From Bugula neritina (Eukaryota; Animalia; Bryozoa), in assembly GCA_964035545.1 (NCBI GenBank), contig OZ037766.1, forward strand, positions 18,067,081-18,131,080: DNA of 64,000 bases. Reading direction: 5' to 3'. Within the stretch, counting starts at the first letter, position 1. Every line of letters begins with the position of its first letter. The notes under the pieces are model-generated. The model did not search any database. It was not told the DNA's origin and worked only from the letters and a program-made list of their open reading frames with translations. Shown here one piece after another: positions 1-14,599 of the stretch. The translations under genes were made by a program, and so were the position numbers.

Positions 1-3000
1 TGGAATATACTGTAACCCACTGAAATACACTACAACATACTGAAATATACTGCAAGATACTGAAACCTACTGAAATACACTGTAACATACTGAAATACAC
101 TGCAACATGCTGCAAAATACTGAAATACACTGTAACATATTAAAATACATTGCAACACATTGAAATAAGTTGCAAGATACCGAAATATACTGCAACATAC
201 TGAAAGACACTAAAACTCACTGAAGTATAGTGAAAAATGTAAAAATGCACTGTGGCATGCTGAAATATACTGAAACACGCTGAAATATACTGGAACATAC
301 TGAAATAAACTGTAACATACTGAGATATACTGCAAGATACTGAAATATACTACAACTCACTGAAGTATAGCGTAATTTGCAGAAATGTACTGTAACACAC
401 TGAAATTTATTGTATCATACTGAAATATACTGCAACGTACTGAAATACACTGTAACATACTGAAACATATTGCAAAATACTGCAACATACTGAAATACAC
501 TGTAACATACTGAAACATATTGCAAAATACTGCAACATACTGAAATACACTGTAACATACTGAAATATACTGCAACATACTAAAAGACACTAAAACTCAC
601 TGAAGTATAGTGTAATATCTGCAAATGCACTGTAACATACTGAAATTTACTGTAACACACTGAAATATACTGTAACATACTGAAATATACTGTAACATAC
701 TGAGATATACTGCGAGATACTGAAATATGCTGCAACTCACTGAAGTATAGTGTAACTTACGGAAATGTACTGTAACATACTGAAATTCATTGTAACATAC
801 TGAATTATACTGCAACATACTGAAATACACTGTAACATACTGAAAGACACTAAAACTCACTGAAGTATAGTGTAATATCTGCAAATGCACTGTAACATAT
901 TGAAATTTAGTGTAACACAGTGAAATATACTGTAACATACTGAAATATACTGTAACATACTAAGATATACTGCAAGATAATGAAATATACTACAACTCAC
1001 TGAAGTATAGTGTAATTTACAAAAATGTACTGTAACATACTGAAATTTATTGTAACATACTGAATTATACTGCAACATACTGAAATACACTGCAACATAC
1101 TGAAATACACTGTAACATATTGAAAGACACTAAAACTCACTGAAGTATAGTGTAATATCTGCAAATGCACTGTAACATATTGAAATTTACGGTAACACAG
1201 TGAAATATACTGTAACATACTGAAATATACTGTAACATACAGAGATATACTGCAAGATACTGAAATATACTACAACTCTCTGAAGTATAGTGTAATTTAC
1301 GAAAATGTACTGTAACATACTGAAATTTATTGTAACATACTGAATTATACTGCAACATACTGAAAAACACTGTAACATACTGAAAGACACTAAAACTCAC
1401 TGAAGTATAGTGTAATATCTGCAAATGCACTGTAATATATTGAAATTTACTGTAACACAGTGAAATATACTGTAACATACTGAAATATACTGTAACATAC
1501 TGAGATATACTGCAAGATACTGAAATATACTACAACTCACTGAAGTATAGTGTAATTTACGAAAATGTACTGTAACATACTGAAGTTTATTGTAACATAC
1601 TGAATTATACTGCAACATACTGGAATACACTGTAACATACTGAAACATATTGCAAAATACTGCAACATACTGAAATACGCTGTAACATACTGAAAGACGC
1701 CGTATCATACTGAAATATACTATAACCCACTGAAATATACTGCAACATACTGAAAAATACTGTAACATACTGAAATATACTGCAACATACTGAAATACAC
1801 TGTAACATACAGAAATACACTGCAACATACTGCAGCATACTGCAACATACTGCAACATGCTGAAATACACTGTAACATACTGAAATATATTGCAAAATAC
1901 TGCAACATACTGAAATACACTGTAACATACTGAAAGACACTAAAACTCACTGAAGTATAGTGTAATATCTGGAAATGCACTGTGACATACTGAAATATAC
2001 TGAAACACGCTGAAATATACTGCAACATACTGAAATATACTGTAACATACCGAAATTTATTGTAACATACCGAATTATACTGCAACATACTGAAATATAC
2101 TGTAACATACTGAAATATATTGCAAAATACTGCAACATACTTAAATACACTGTAACATACTGAAAGACACTAAAACTCACTGAAGTATAGTGTAATATCT
2201 GGAAATGCACTGTGACATACTGAAATATACTGAAACACGCTGAATTATACTGCAACATACTGAAATACACTGCAACATACTGAAATACACTGTAACATAC
2301 TGAAAGACACTAAAACTCACTGAAGTATAGTGTAATATCTGCAAATGCACTGTAACATATTGAAATTTACTGTAACACAGTGAAATATACTGTAACATAC
2401 TGAAATATACTGTAACATACTGAGATATACTGCAAGATACTGAAATATACTACAACTCTCTGAAGTATAGTGTAATTTACGAAAATGTACTGTAACATAC
2501 GGAAATTTATTGTAACATACTGAGTTATACTGCAACATACTGAAATACACTGTAACATACTGAAACATATTGCAAAGTACTGCAACATACTGAAATACAC
2601 TGTAACATACTGAAAGACGCTGTATCATAATGAAATATACTATAACCCACTGAAATATACTGCAACATACTGAAATATACTGTAACAAACTGAAATATAC
2701 TGCAACTTACTGAAATACACTGTAACATACAGAAATACACTGCAACATACTGCAGCAAACTGCAACATACTGCAACATACTGAAATACACTGTAACATAT
2801 TGAAATACACTGCAACACATTGAAATATGCTTCAACATACCGAAATATATGGTAACCTACTGAAATATGTTGCAAACTACTGAAATATATTGCAACATAC
2901 TGCAACTTAATGAAATATACTTTAAAATACTGAAATATACTGGAAGATACTGAAACCTACTGAAATACACTGTAACATACTGAAATACACTGCAACATAC

Positions 3001-6000
3001 TGCAACATACTGAAATACACTGTAACATATTGAAATACATTGCAACACACTGAAATAAGTTGCAAGATACTGAATTATACTGCAACATACTGAAAGACAC
3101 TAAAACTAACTGAAGTATAGTGAAAAATCTGAAAATGCACTGTGGCATACTGAAATATACTGAAACACGCTGAAATATACTGGAACATACTGAAATAAAC
3201 TGCAACATACTGAGATATACTGCAAGATACTGAAATATACTACAACTCACTGAAGTATAGTGTAGTTTGCAGAAATGTACTGTAACACACTGAAATTTAT
3301 TGTATCATACTGAAATATACGGCAACGTACTGAAATACACTGTAACATACTGAAATATATTGCAAAATACTGCAACATACTGAAGTATACTGCAACATAC
3401 TGAAAGACACTAAAACTCACTGAAGTATAGTGTAATATCTGCAAATGCACTGTAACATACTGAAATTACTGTAACACACTGAAATATACTGTAACATACT
3501 GAAATATACTGTAACATACGGAGATATACTGCGAGATACTGAAATATACTACAACTCACTGAAGTATAGTGTAATTTTCGGAAATGTACTGTAACATACT
3601 GAATTTTATGGTAACATACTGAATTATACTGCAACATACTGAAATATACTGTAACGTACTGAAATATGTTGCAAAATACTGCAACATACTGAAATACACT
3701 GTAACATACTGAAATACGCTGTATCATACTGAAATATACTATAACCCACTGAAATATACTGCAACATACTGAAATATACTGTAACATACTGAAATATACT
3801 GCAACATACTGAAATACACTGTAACATACAGAAATACACTGCAACATACTGCAGCATACTGCAACATGCTGCAACATACTGAAATACACTGTAACATATT
3901 GAAATACACTGCAACACATTGAAATTTGCTGTAACATACTGAGATATACTGCAAGACACTGAAATATACTACAGCTCACTGAAGTATAGTGTAATTTACG
4001 GAAATGTACTGTAACATACTGAAATTTATTGTAACATACTGAAATATACTGCAACATACTGAAATACACTGTAACATACTGAAATATATTGCAAAATACT
4101 GCAACATACTGAAATACACTGTAACATGCTCAAATACATTTTATCATATTGCAATATGCTATAACCCACTGAAATATACTGCAACTTAGTGAAATATACT
4201 GTAACATACTGAAATATACTGCAACATACTGAAATACACTGTAACATACAGAAGTACGCTGTAACATTCAGAAATACACTGCAACATACTGCAACATACT
4301 GAAATACACTGTAACATACTGAAACACACTGCAACATACTGAAATATACTGCAACATACTGGAACATACTGGAATATACTGTAACCCACTGAAATATACT
4401 GCAACATACTGAAATATACTGCAAGATACTGAAACCTACTGAAATACACTGTAACATACTGAAATACACTGCAACATGCTGCAACATACTGAAATACACT
4501 GTAACATATTGAAATACATTGCAACACATTGAAATAAGTTGCAAGATACCGAAATATACTGCAACATACTGAAAGACACTAAAACTCACTGAAGTATAGT
4601 GAAAAATCTAAAAATAAACTGTGGCATACTGAAATATACTGAAACACGCTGAAATATACTGGAACATACTGAAATAAACTGTAACATACTGAGATATACT
4701 GCAAGATACTGAAATATGCTACAACTCACTGAAGTATAGTGTAATTTACGGAAATGTACTGTAACATACTGAAATTTATTGTAACATACTGAATTATACT
4801 GCAACATACTGAAAAACACTGTAACATACTGAAAGACACTAAAACTCACTGAAGTATACTGTAATATCTGCAAATGCACTGTAATATATTGAAATTTACT
4901 GTAACACAGTGAAATACACTGTAACATACTGAAATACACTGTAACATACTGAGATATACTGCAAGATACTGAAATATACTACAACTCACTGAAGTATAGT
5001 GTAATTTACGAAAATGTACTGTAACATACTGAAATTTATTGTAACATACTGAATTATACTGCAACATACTGGAATACACTGTAACATACTGAAACATATT
5101 GCAAAATACTGCAACATACTGAAATACGCTGTAACATACTGAAAGACGCCGTATCATACTGAAATATACTATAACCCACTGAAATATACTGCAACATACT
5201 GAAAAATACTGTAACATACTGAAATATACTGCAACATACTGAAATACACTGTAACATACAGAAATACACTGCAACATACTGCAGCATACTGCAACATACT
5301 GCAACACGCTGAAATACACTGTAACATACTGAAATATATTGCAAAATACTGCAACATACTGAAATACACTGTAACATACTGAAAGACACTAAAACTCACT
5401 GAAGTATAGTGTAATATCTGGAAATGCACTGTGACATACTGAAATATACTGAAACACGCTGAAATATACTGCAACATACTGAAATATACTGTAACATACC
5501 GAAATTTATTGTAACATACCGAATTATACTGCAACATACTGAAATATACTGTAACATACTGAAATACATTGCAAAATACTGCAACATACTTAAATACACT
5601 GTAACATACTGAAAGACACTAAAACTCACTGAAGTATAGTGTAATATCTGGAAATGCACTGTGACATACTGAAATATACTGAAACACGCTGAAATATACT
5701 TCAACATACTGAAATATACCTAAAAATATTGAAACATACTGAAATACACTGTAACATGCTGAAATACACTGTATCATACTGAAGTATACTGTAACGCACT
5801 GAAATATACTGCAACATACTGTATTATACTGAAACATACTGCAATATCCTGAAATATACTGCAACATGCTGAAATATACTGCAAGACACTGAAACCTACT
5901 GAAATACACTGTAACATACTGATATACACTGCAACATACTGAAATACACTGTAACATACAGACATACACTGCAACATACTGCAGCATACTGCAACATGCT

Positions 6001-9000
6001 GCAACATACTGAAATACACTGTAACATATTGAAATACACTGCAACACATTGAAATATGCTGTAACATACTGAGATATACTGCAAGACACTGAAATATACT
6101 ACAGCTCACTGAAGTATAGTGTAATTTACGGAAATGTACTGTAACATACTGAAATTTATTGTAACATACTGAAATATACTGCAACATACTGAAATACACT
6201 GTAACATACTGAAATATATTGCAAAATACTGCAACATACTGAAATACACTGTAACATACTCAAATACATTGTATCATACTGGAATATGCTATAACCCACT
6301 GAAATATACTGCAACTTACTGAAATATACTGTAACATACTGAAATATACTGCAACATACTGAAATACACTGTAACATACAGAAGTACGCTGTAACATACA
6401 GAAATACACTGCAACATACTGCAACATACTGAAATACACTGTAACATACTGAAACACACTGCAACATACTGAAATATACTGCAACATACTGGAACATACT
6501 GGAATATACTGTAACCCACTGAAATATACTGCAACATACTGAAATATGCTGCAAGATACTGAAACCTACTGAAATACACTGTAACATACTGAAATACACT
6601 GCAACATGCTGCAACATACTGAAATACACTGTAACATATTGAAATACATTGCAACACATTGAAATAAGTTGCAAGATACCGAAATATGCTGCAACATACT
6701 GAAAGACACTAAAACTCACTGAAGTATAGTGAAAAATTTAAAAATGCACTGTGGCATACTGAAATATACTGAAACACGCTGAAATATACTGGAACATACT
6801 GAAATAAACTGTAACATACTGAGATATACTGCAAGATACTGAAATATACTACAACTCACTGAAGTATAGCGTAATTTGCAGAAATGTACTGTAACACACT
6901 GAAATTTATTGTATCAGACTGAAATATACTGCAACGTTCTGAAATACACTGTAACATACTAAAATATATTGCAAAATACTGCAACATACTTAAATATACT
7001 GCAACATACTGAAAGACACTAAAACTCACTGAAGTATAGTGTAATATCTGCAAATGCACTGTAACATACTGAAATTTACTGTAACACACTGAAATATACT
7101 GTAACATACTGAAATATACTGTAACATACTGAGATATACTGCGAGATTCCGAAATATGCTACAACTCACTGAAGTATAGTGTAATTTACGGAAATGTACT
7201 GTAACATACTGAAATTTATTGTAACATACTGAATTATACTGCAACATACTGAAATACACAGTAACATACTGAGATATACTGCAAGATACTGAAATATACT
7301 ACAACTCACTGAAGTATAGTGTAATATCTGCAAATGCACTGTAACATACTGAAATTTACTGTAACACACTGAAATATACTGTAACATACAGAAATATACT
7401 GTAACATACTGAGATATACTGCAAGATACTGAAATATACTACAACTCACTGAAGTATAGTGTAATTTAGGGAAATGTACTGTAACATACTGAAATTTATT
7501 GTAACATACTGAATTATACTGCAACATACTGAAATACACTGCAACATACTGAAATACACTGTAACATACTGAAAGACACTAAAACTCACTGAAGTATAGT
7601 GTAATATCTGCAAATGCACTGTAACATATTGAAATTTACTGTAACACAGTGAAATATACTGTAACATACTGAGATATACTGCAAGATACTGAAATATACT
7701 ACAACTCACTGAAGTATAGTGTAATTTACGAAAATGTACTGTAACATACTGAAATTTATTGTAACATACTGAGTTATACTGCAACATACTGAAATACACT
7801 GTAACATACTGAAACATATTGCAAAGTACTGCAACATACTGAAATACACTGTAACATACTGAAAGACGCTGTATCATAATGAAATATACTATAACCCACT
7901 GAAATATACTGCAACATACTGAAATATACTGTAACAAACTGAAATATACTGCAACATACTGAAATACACTGTAACATACAGAAATACACTGCAACATACT
8001 GCAGCAAACTGCAACATACTGCAACATACTGAAATACACTGTAACATATTGAAATACACTGCAACACATTGAAATATGCTTCAACATACCGAAATATATG
8101 GTAACCTACTGAAATATGTTGCAAACTACTGAAATATACTGCAACATACTGCAACTTAATGAAATATACTGTAACACACTGAAATATACTGCACAATACT
8201 GCAAAATACTGTAACATACTGAAACATACTGCAACATCCTGAAATATACTGCAACATGCTGAAATATACTGCAAGACACTGAAACCTACTGAAATACACT
8301 GTAACATACTGAAATACACTGCAACATACTGCAACATACTGAAATACATTGTGACATATTGAAATGCATTGCAACACATTGAAATATGTTGCAAGATACT
8401 GAAATATAATGCAACATACTGAACGATACTAAAACTCACTGAAGTATAGTGTAATACCTGAAAATGCACTGTGATATACTGAAATACACTGTAACACATT
8501 GAAATATACTGCAAAATACTGAAACATACTGAAATATATTGCAAAATACTGCAACATACTGAAATACGGTTTAACATACTGAAATACACTGTAACATACT
8601 GATATGCACTGCAACATACTGAAATACACGGCAACATACTGGAACATACTGGAATATACTGTAACCCACTGAAATATACTACAACATGCTGAAATATGCT
8701 GCAAGATACTGAAACCTACTGAAATACACTGTAACATACTGAAATACACTGCAACATGCTGCAACATACTGAAATACACTGTAACATATTGAAATACATT
8801 GCAACACACTGAAATAAGTTGCAAGATACCGAAATATACTGCAACATACTGAAAGACACTAAAACCCACTGAAGTATAGTGAAAAATGTAAAAATGCACT
8901 GTGGCATACTGAAATATACTGAAACACGCTGAAATATACTGGAACATACTGAAATAAACTGTAACATACTGAGATATACTGCAAGATACTGAAATATACT

Positions 9001-9952
9001 ACAACTCACTGAAGTATAGCGTAATTTGCAGAAATGTACTGTAACACACTGAAATTTATTGTATCATACTGAAATATACTGCAACGTACTGAAATACACT
9101 GTAACATACTAAAATATATTGCAAAAAACTGGAACATACTTAAATATACTGCAACATACTAAAAGACACTAAAACTCACTGAAGTATAGTGTAATATCTG
9201 CAAATGCACTGTAACATACTGAAATTTACTGTAACACACTGAAATATACTGTAACATACTGAAATATACTGTAACATACTGAGATATACTGCGAGATACT
9301 GAAATATGCTACAACTCACTGAAGTATAGTGTAATTTACGGAAATGTACTGTAACATACTGAAATTTATTGTAACATACTGAATTATACTGCAACATACT
9401 GAAATACACTGTAACATACTGAAAGACACTAAAACTCACTGAAGTATAGTGTAATATCTGCAAATGCACTGTAACATATTGAAATTTAGTGTAACACAGT
9501 GAAATATACTGTAACATACTGAAATAAACTGTAACATACTAAGATATACTGCAAGATAATGAAATATACTACAACTCACTGAAGTATAGTGTAATTTACG
9601 AAAATGTACTGCAACATACTGAAATTTATTGTAACATACTGAATTATACTGCAACATACTGAAATACACTGCAACATACCGAAATACACTGTAACATACT
9701 GAAAGACACTAAAACTCACTGAAGTATAGTGTAATATCTGCAAATGCACTGTAACATATTGAAATTTACTGTAACACAGTGAAATATACTGTAACATACT
9801 GAAATATACTGTAACATACTGAGATATACTGCAAGATACTGAAATATACTACAACTCTCTGAAGTATAGTGTAATTTACGAAAATGTACTGTAACATACT
9901 GAAATTTATTGTAACATACTGAATTATACTGCAACATACTGAAAAACACTGT
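1..9952 (+). repeat. Copy 1 (visible part) of a 54,048-bp-offset near-identical direct repeat
   Basis: Position 1 TGGAATATACTGTAACCCAC recurs at 54049. Listed ORFs recur at +54048 with private variants shared (357/54405, 4586/58634, 7306/61354, 9576/63624), as does the 9-bp unit (3461/57509). Confidence 0.96.
201..390 (+). repeat. Example of the A-B landmark cassette: A (TGAAAGACAC TAAAACTCAC TGAAGTATAG...) followed 140 bp later by B (TGAGATATAC TGCAAGATAC TGAAATATAC TACAACTCAC TGAAGTATAG...); recurs throughout the window
   Basis: Landmark decamers (TAAAACTCAC/TACAACTCAC or single-base variants) start at 211, 351, 591, 731, 851, 991, 1131, 1271, 1391, 1531, 1941, 2171, 2311, 2451, 3101, 3241, 3411, 3550, 3970, 4580, 4720, 4840 and 4980 in the first 5 kb. 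Confidence 0.93.
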
Positions 9953-12900
9953 AACATACTGAAAGACACTAAAACTCACTGAAGTATAGTGTAATATCTG
10001 CAAATGCACTGTAATATATTGAAATTTACTGTAACACAGTGAAATATACTGTAACATACTGAAATATACTGTAACATACTGAGATATACTGCAAGATACT
10101 GAAATATACTACAACTCACTGAAGTATAGTGTAATTTACGAAAATGTACTGTAACATACTGAAATTCATTGTAACATACTGAATTATACTGCAACATACT
10201 GGAATACACTGTAACATACTGAAACATATTGCAAAATACTGCAACATACTGAAATACGCTGTAACATACTGAAAGACGCCGTATCATACTGAAATATACT
10301 ATAACCCACTGAAATATACTGCAACATACTGAAAAATACTGTAACATACTGAAATATACTGCAACATACTGAAATACACTGTAACATACAGAAATACACT
10401 GCAACATACTGCAGCATACTGCAACATACTGCAACATGCTGAAATACACTGTAACATACTGAAATATATTGCAAAATACTGCAACATACTGAAATACACT
10501 GTAACATACTGAAAGACACTAAAACTCACTGAAGTATAGTGTAATATCTGGAAATGCACTGTGACATACTGAAATATACTGAAACACGCTGAAATATACT
10601 GCAACATACTGAAATATACTGTAACATACCGAAATTTATTGTAACATACCGAATTATACTGCAACATACTGAAATATACTGTAACATACTGAAATATATT
10701 GCAAAATACTGCAACATACTTAAATACACTGTAACATACTGAAAGACACTAAAACTCACTGAAGTATAGTGTAATATCTGGAAATGCACTGTGACATACT
10801 GAAATATACTGAAACACGCTGAATTATACTGCAACATACTGAAATACACTGCAACATACTGAAATACACTGTAACATACTGAAAGACACTAAAACTCACT
10901 GAAGTATAGTGTAGTACCTGCAAATGCACTGTAACATATTGAAATTTACTGTAACACAGTGAAATATACTGTAACATACTGAAATATACTGTAACATACT
11001 GAGATATACTGCAAGATACTGAAATATACTACAACTCTCTGAAGTATAGTGTAATTTACGAAAATGTACTGTAACATACTGAAATTTATTGTAACATACT
11101 GAGTTATACTGCAACATACTGAAATACACTGTAACATACTGAAACATATTGCAAAGTACTGCAACATACTGAAATACACTGTAACATACTGAAAGACGCT
11201 GTATCATAATGAAATATACTATAACCCACTGAAATATACTGCAACATACTGAAATATACTGTAACAAACTGAAATATACTGCAACATACTGAAATACACT
11301 GTAACATACAGAAATACACTGCAACATACTGCAGCAAACTGCAACATACTGCAACATACTGAAATACACTGTAACATATTGAAATACACTGCAACACATT
11401 GAAATATGCTTCAACATACCGAAATATATGGTAACCTACTGAAATATGTTGCAAACTACTGAAATATATTGCAACATACTGCAACTTAATGAAATATACT
11501 GTAACATACTGAAATATACTGGAAGATACTGAAACCTACTGAAATACACTGTAACATACTGAAATACACTGCAACATACTGCAACATACTGAAATACACT
11601 GTAACATATTGAAATACATTGCAACACATTGAAATAAGTTGCAAGATACTGAATTATACTGCAACATACTGAAAGACACTAAAACTCACTGAAGTATAGT
11701 GAAAAATCTGAAAATGCACTGTGGCATACTGAAATATACTGAAACACGCTGAAATATACTGGAACATACTGAAATAAACTGCAACATACTGAGATATACT
11801 GCAAGATACTGAAATATACTACAACTCACTGAAGTATAGTGTAGTTTGCAGAAATGTACTGTAACACACTGAAATTTATTGTATCATGCCGAAATATACG
11901 GCAACGTACTGAAATACACTGTAACATACTGAAATATATTGCAAAATACTGCAACATACTGAAGTATGCTGCAACATACTGAAAGACACTAAAACTCACT
12001 GAAGTATAGTGTAATATCTGCAAATGCACTGTAACATACTGAAATTACTGTAACACACTGAAATATACTGTAACATACTGAAATATACTGTAACATACGG
12101 AGATATACTGCGAGATACTGAAATATACTACAACTCACTGAAGTATAGTGTAATTTTCGGAAATGTACTGTAACATACTGAATTTTATGGTAACATACTG
12201 AATTATACTGCAACATACTGAAATATACTGTAACGTACTGAAATATGTTGCAAAATACTGCAACATACTGAAATACACTGTAACATACTGAAATACGCTG
12301 TATCATACTGAAATATACTATAACCCACTGAAATATACTGCAACATACTGAAATATACTGTAACATACTGAAATATACTGCAACATACTGAAATACACTG
12401 TAACATACAGAAATACACTGCAACATACTGCAGCATACTGCAACATGCTGCAACATACTGAAATACACTGTAACATATTGAAATACACTGCAACACATTG
12501 AAATTTGCTGTAACATACTGAGATATACTGCAAGACACTGAAATATACTACAGCTCACTGAAGTATAGTGTAATTTACGGAAATGTACTGTAACATACTG
12601 AAATTTATTGTAACATACTGAAATATACTGCAACATACTGAAATACACTGTAACATACTGAAATATATTGCAAAATACTGCAACATACTGAAATACACTG
12701 TAACATACTCAAATACATTGTATCATATTGCAATATGCTATAACTCACTGAAATATACTGCAACTTAGTGAAATATACTGTAACATACTGAAATATACTG
12801 CAACATACTGAAATACACTGTAACATACAGAAGTACGCTGTAACATACAGAAATACACTGCAACATACTGCAACATACTGAAATACACTGTAACATACTG

Positions 12901-13930
12901 AAACACACTGCAACATACTGAAATATACTGCAACATACTGGAACATACTGGAATATACTGTAACCCACTGAAATATACTGCAACATACTGAAATATACTG
13001 CAAGATACTGAAACCTACTGTAATACACTGTAACATACTGAAATACACTGCAACATGCAACATACTGAAATACACTGTAACATATTGAAATACATTGCAA
13101 CACATTGAAATAAGTTGCAAGATACCGAAATATACTGCAACATACTGAAAGACACTAAAACTCACTGAAGTATAGTGAAAAATCTAAAAATGCACTGTGG
13201 CATACTGAAATATACTGAAACACGCTGAAATATACTGGAACATACTGAAATAAACTGTAACATACTGAGATATACTGCAAGATACTGAAATATGCTACAA
13301 CTCACTGAAGTATAGTGTAATTTACGGAAATGTACTGTAACATACTGAAATTTATTGTAACATACTGAATTACACTGCAACATACTGAAAAACACTGTAA
13401 CATACTGAAAGACACTAAAACTCACTGAAGTATAGTGTAATATCTGCAAATGCACTGTAATATATTGAAATTTACTGTAACACAGTGAAATATACTGTAA
13501 CATACTGAAATATACTGTAACATACTGAGATATACTGCAAGATACTGAAATATACTACAACTCACTGAAGTATAGTGTAATTTACGAAAATGTACTGTAA
13601 CATACTGGAATTTATTGTAACATACTGAATTATACTGCAACATACTGGAATACACTGTAACATACTGAAACATATTGCAAAATACTGCAACATACTGAAA
13701 TACACTGTAACATACTGAAAGACGCCGTATCATACTGAAATATACTATAACCCACTGAAATATACTGCAACATACTGAAAAATACTGTAACATACTGAAA
13801 TATACTGCAACATACTGAAATACACTGTAACATACAGAAATACACTGCAACATACTGCAGCATACTGCAACATACTGCAACATGCTGAAATACACTGTAA
13901 CATACTGAAATATATTGCAAAATACTGCAA
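9140..13930 (+). repeat. Higher-order duplication of ~560-5350 (offset 8579, then 8576 after a 3-bp deletion)
   Basis: ORF-track offsets 597/9176, 1397/9976, 3410/11989, 4026/12605 and 4586/13162; 9-bp unit at 3461/12040. Boundaries are approximate. Confidence 0.85.
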
Positions 13931-14599
13931 CATACTGAAATACACTGTAACATACAGAAATACACTGCAACATACTGCAGTATACTGCAACATGCTGCAA
14001 CATACTGAAATACACTGTAACATATTGAAATACACTGCAACACATTGAAATTTGCTGTAACATACTGAGATATACTGCAAGACACTGAAATATACTACAG
14101 CTCACTGAAGTATAGTGTAATTTACGGAAATGTACTGTAACATACTGAAATTTATTGTAACATACTGAAATATACTGCAACATACTGAAATACACTGTAA
14201 CATACTGAAATATATTGCAAAATACTGCAACATACTGAAATACACTGTAACATGCTCAAATACATTGTATCATATTGCAATATGCTATAACCCACTGAAA
14301 TATACTGCAACTTAGTGAAATATACTGTAACATACTGAAATATACTGCAACATACTGAAATACACTGTAACATACAGAAGTACGCTGTAACATTCAGAAA
14401 TACACTGCAACATACTGCAACATACTGAAATACACTGTAACATACTGAAACACACTGCAACATACTGAAATATACTGCAACATACTTGAACATACTGGAA
14501 TATACTGTAACCCACTGAAATATACTGCAACATACTGAAATATACTGTAACATACTGAAATATATTGCAAAATACTGCAACATACTTAAATACACTGTA

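Noticed and set aside
916-922. CACAGTG (and CACTGTG in A2/A3 arms), matching the V(D)J RSS heptamer
   Set aside because: There is no ACAAAAACC-like nonamer at 12 or 23 bp and there are no gene segments. The heptamer is a simple variant of the monomer.
211-4990. Regularly recurring conserved motif resembling a CRISPR repeat-spacer array
   Set aside because: The intervening sequences are 100-630 bp of the same decamer satellite rather than unique 25-45-bp spacers. There is no leader and there are no cas genes.
7466-7471. TTAGGG telomeric hexamer (also 61514-61519)
   Set aside because: A single isolated copy arising from a TTACGG-to-TTAGGG substitution; there is no telomeric tract.
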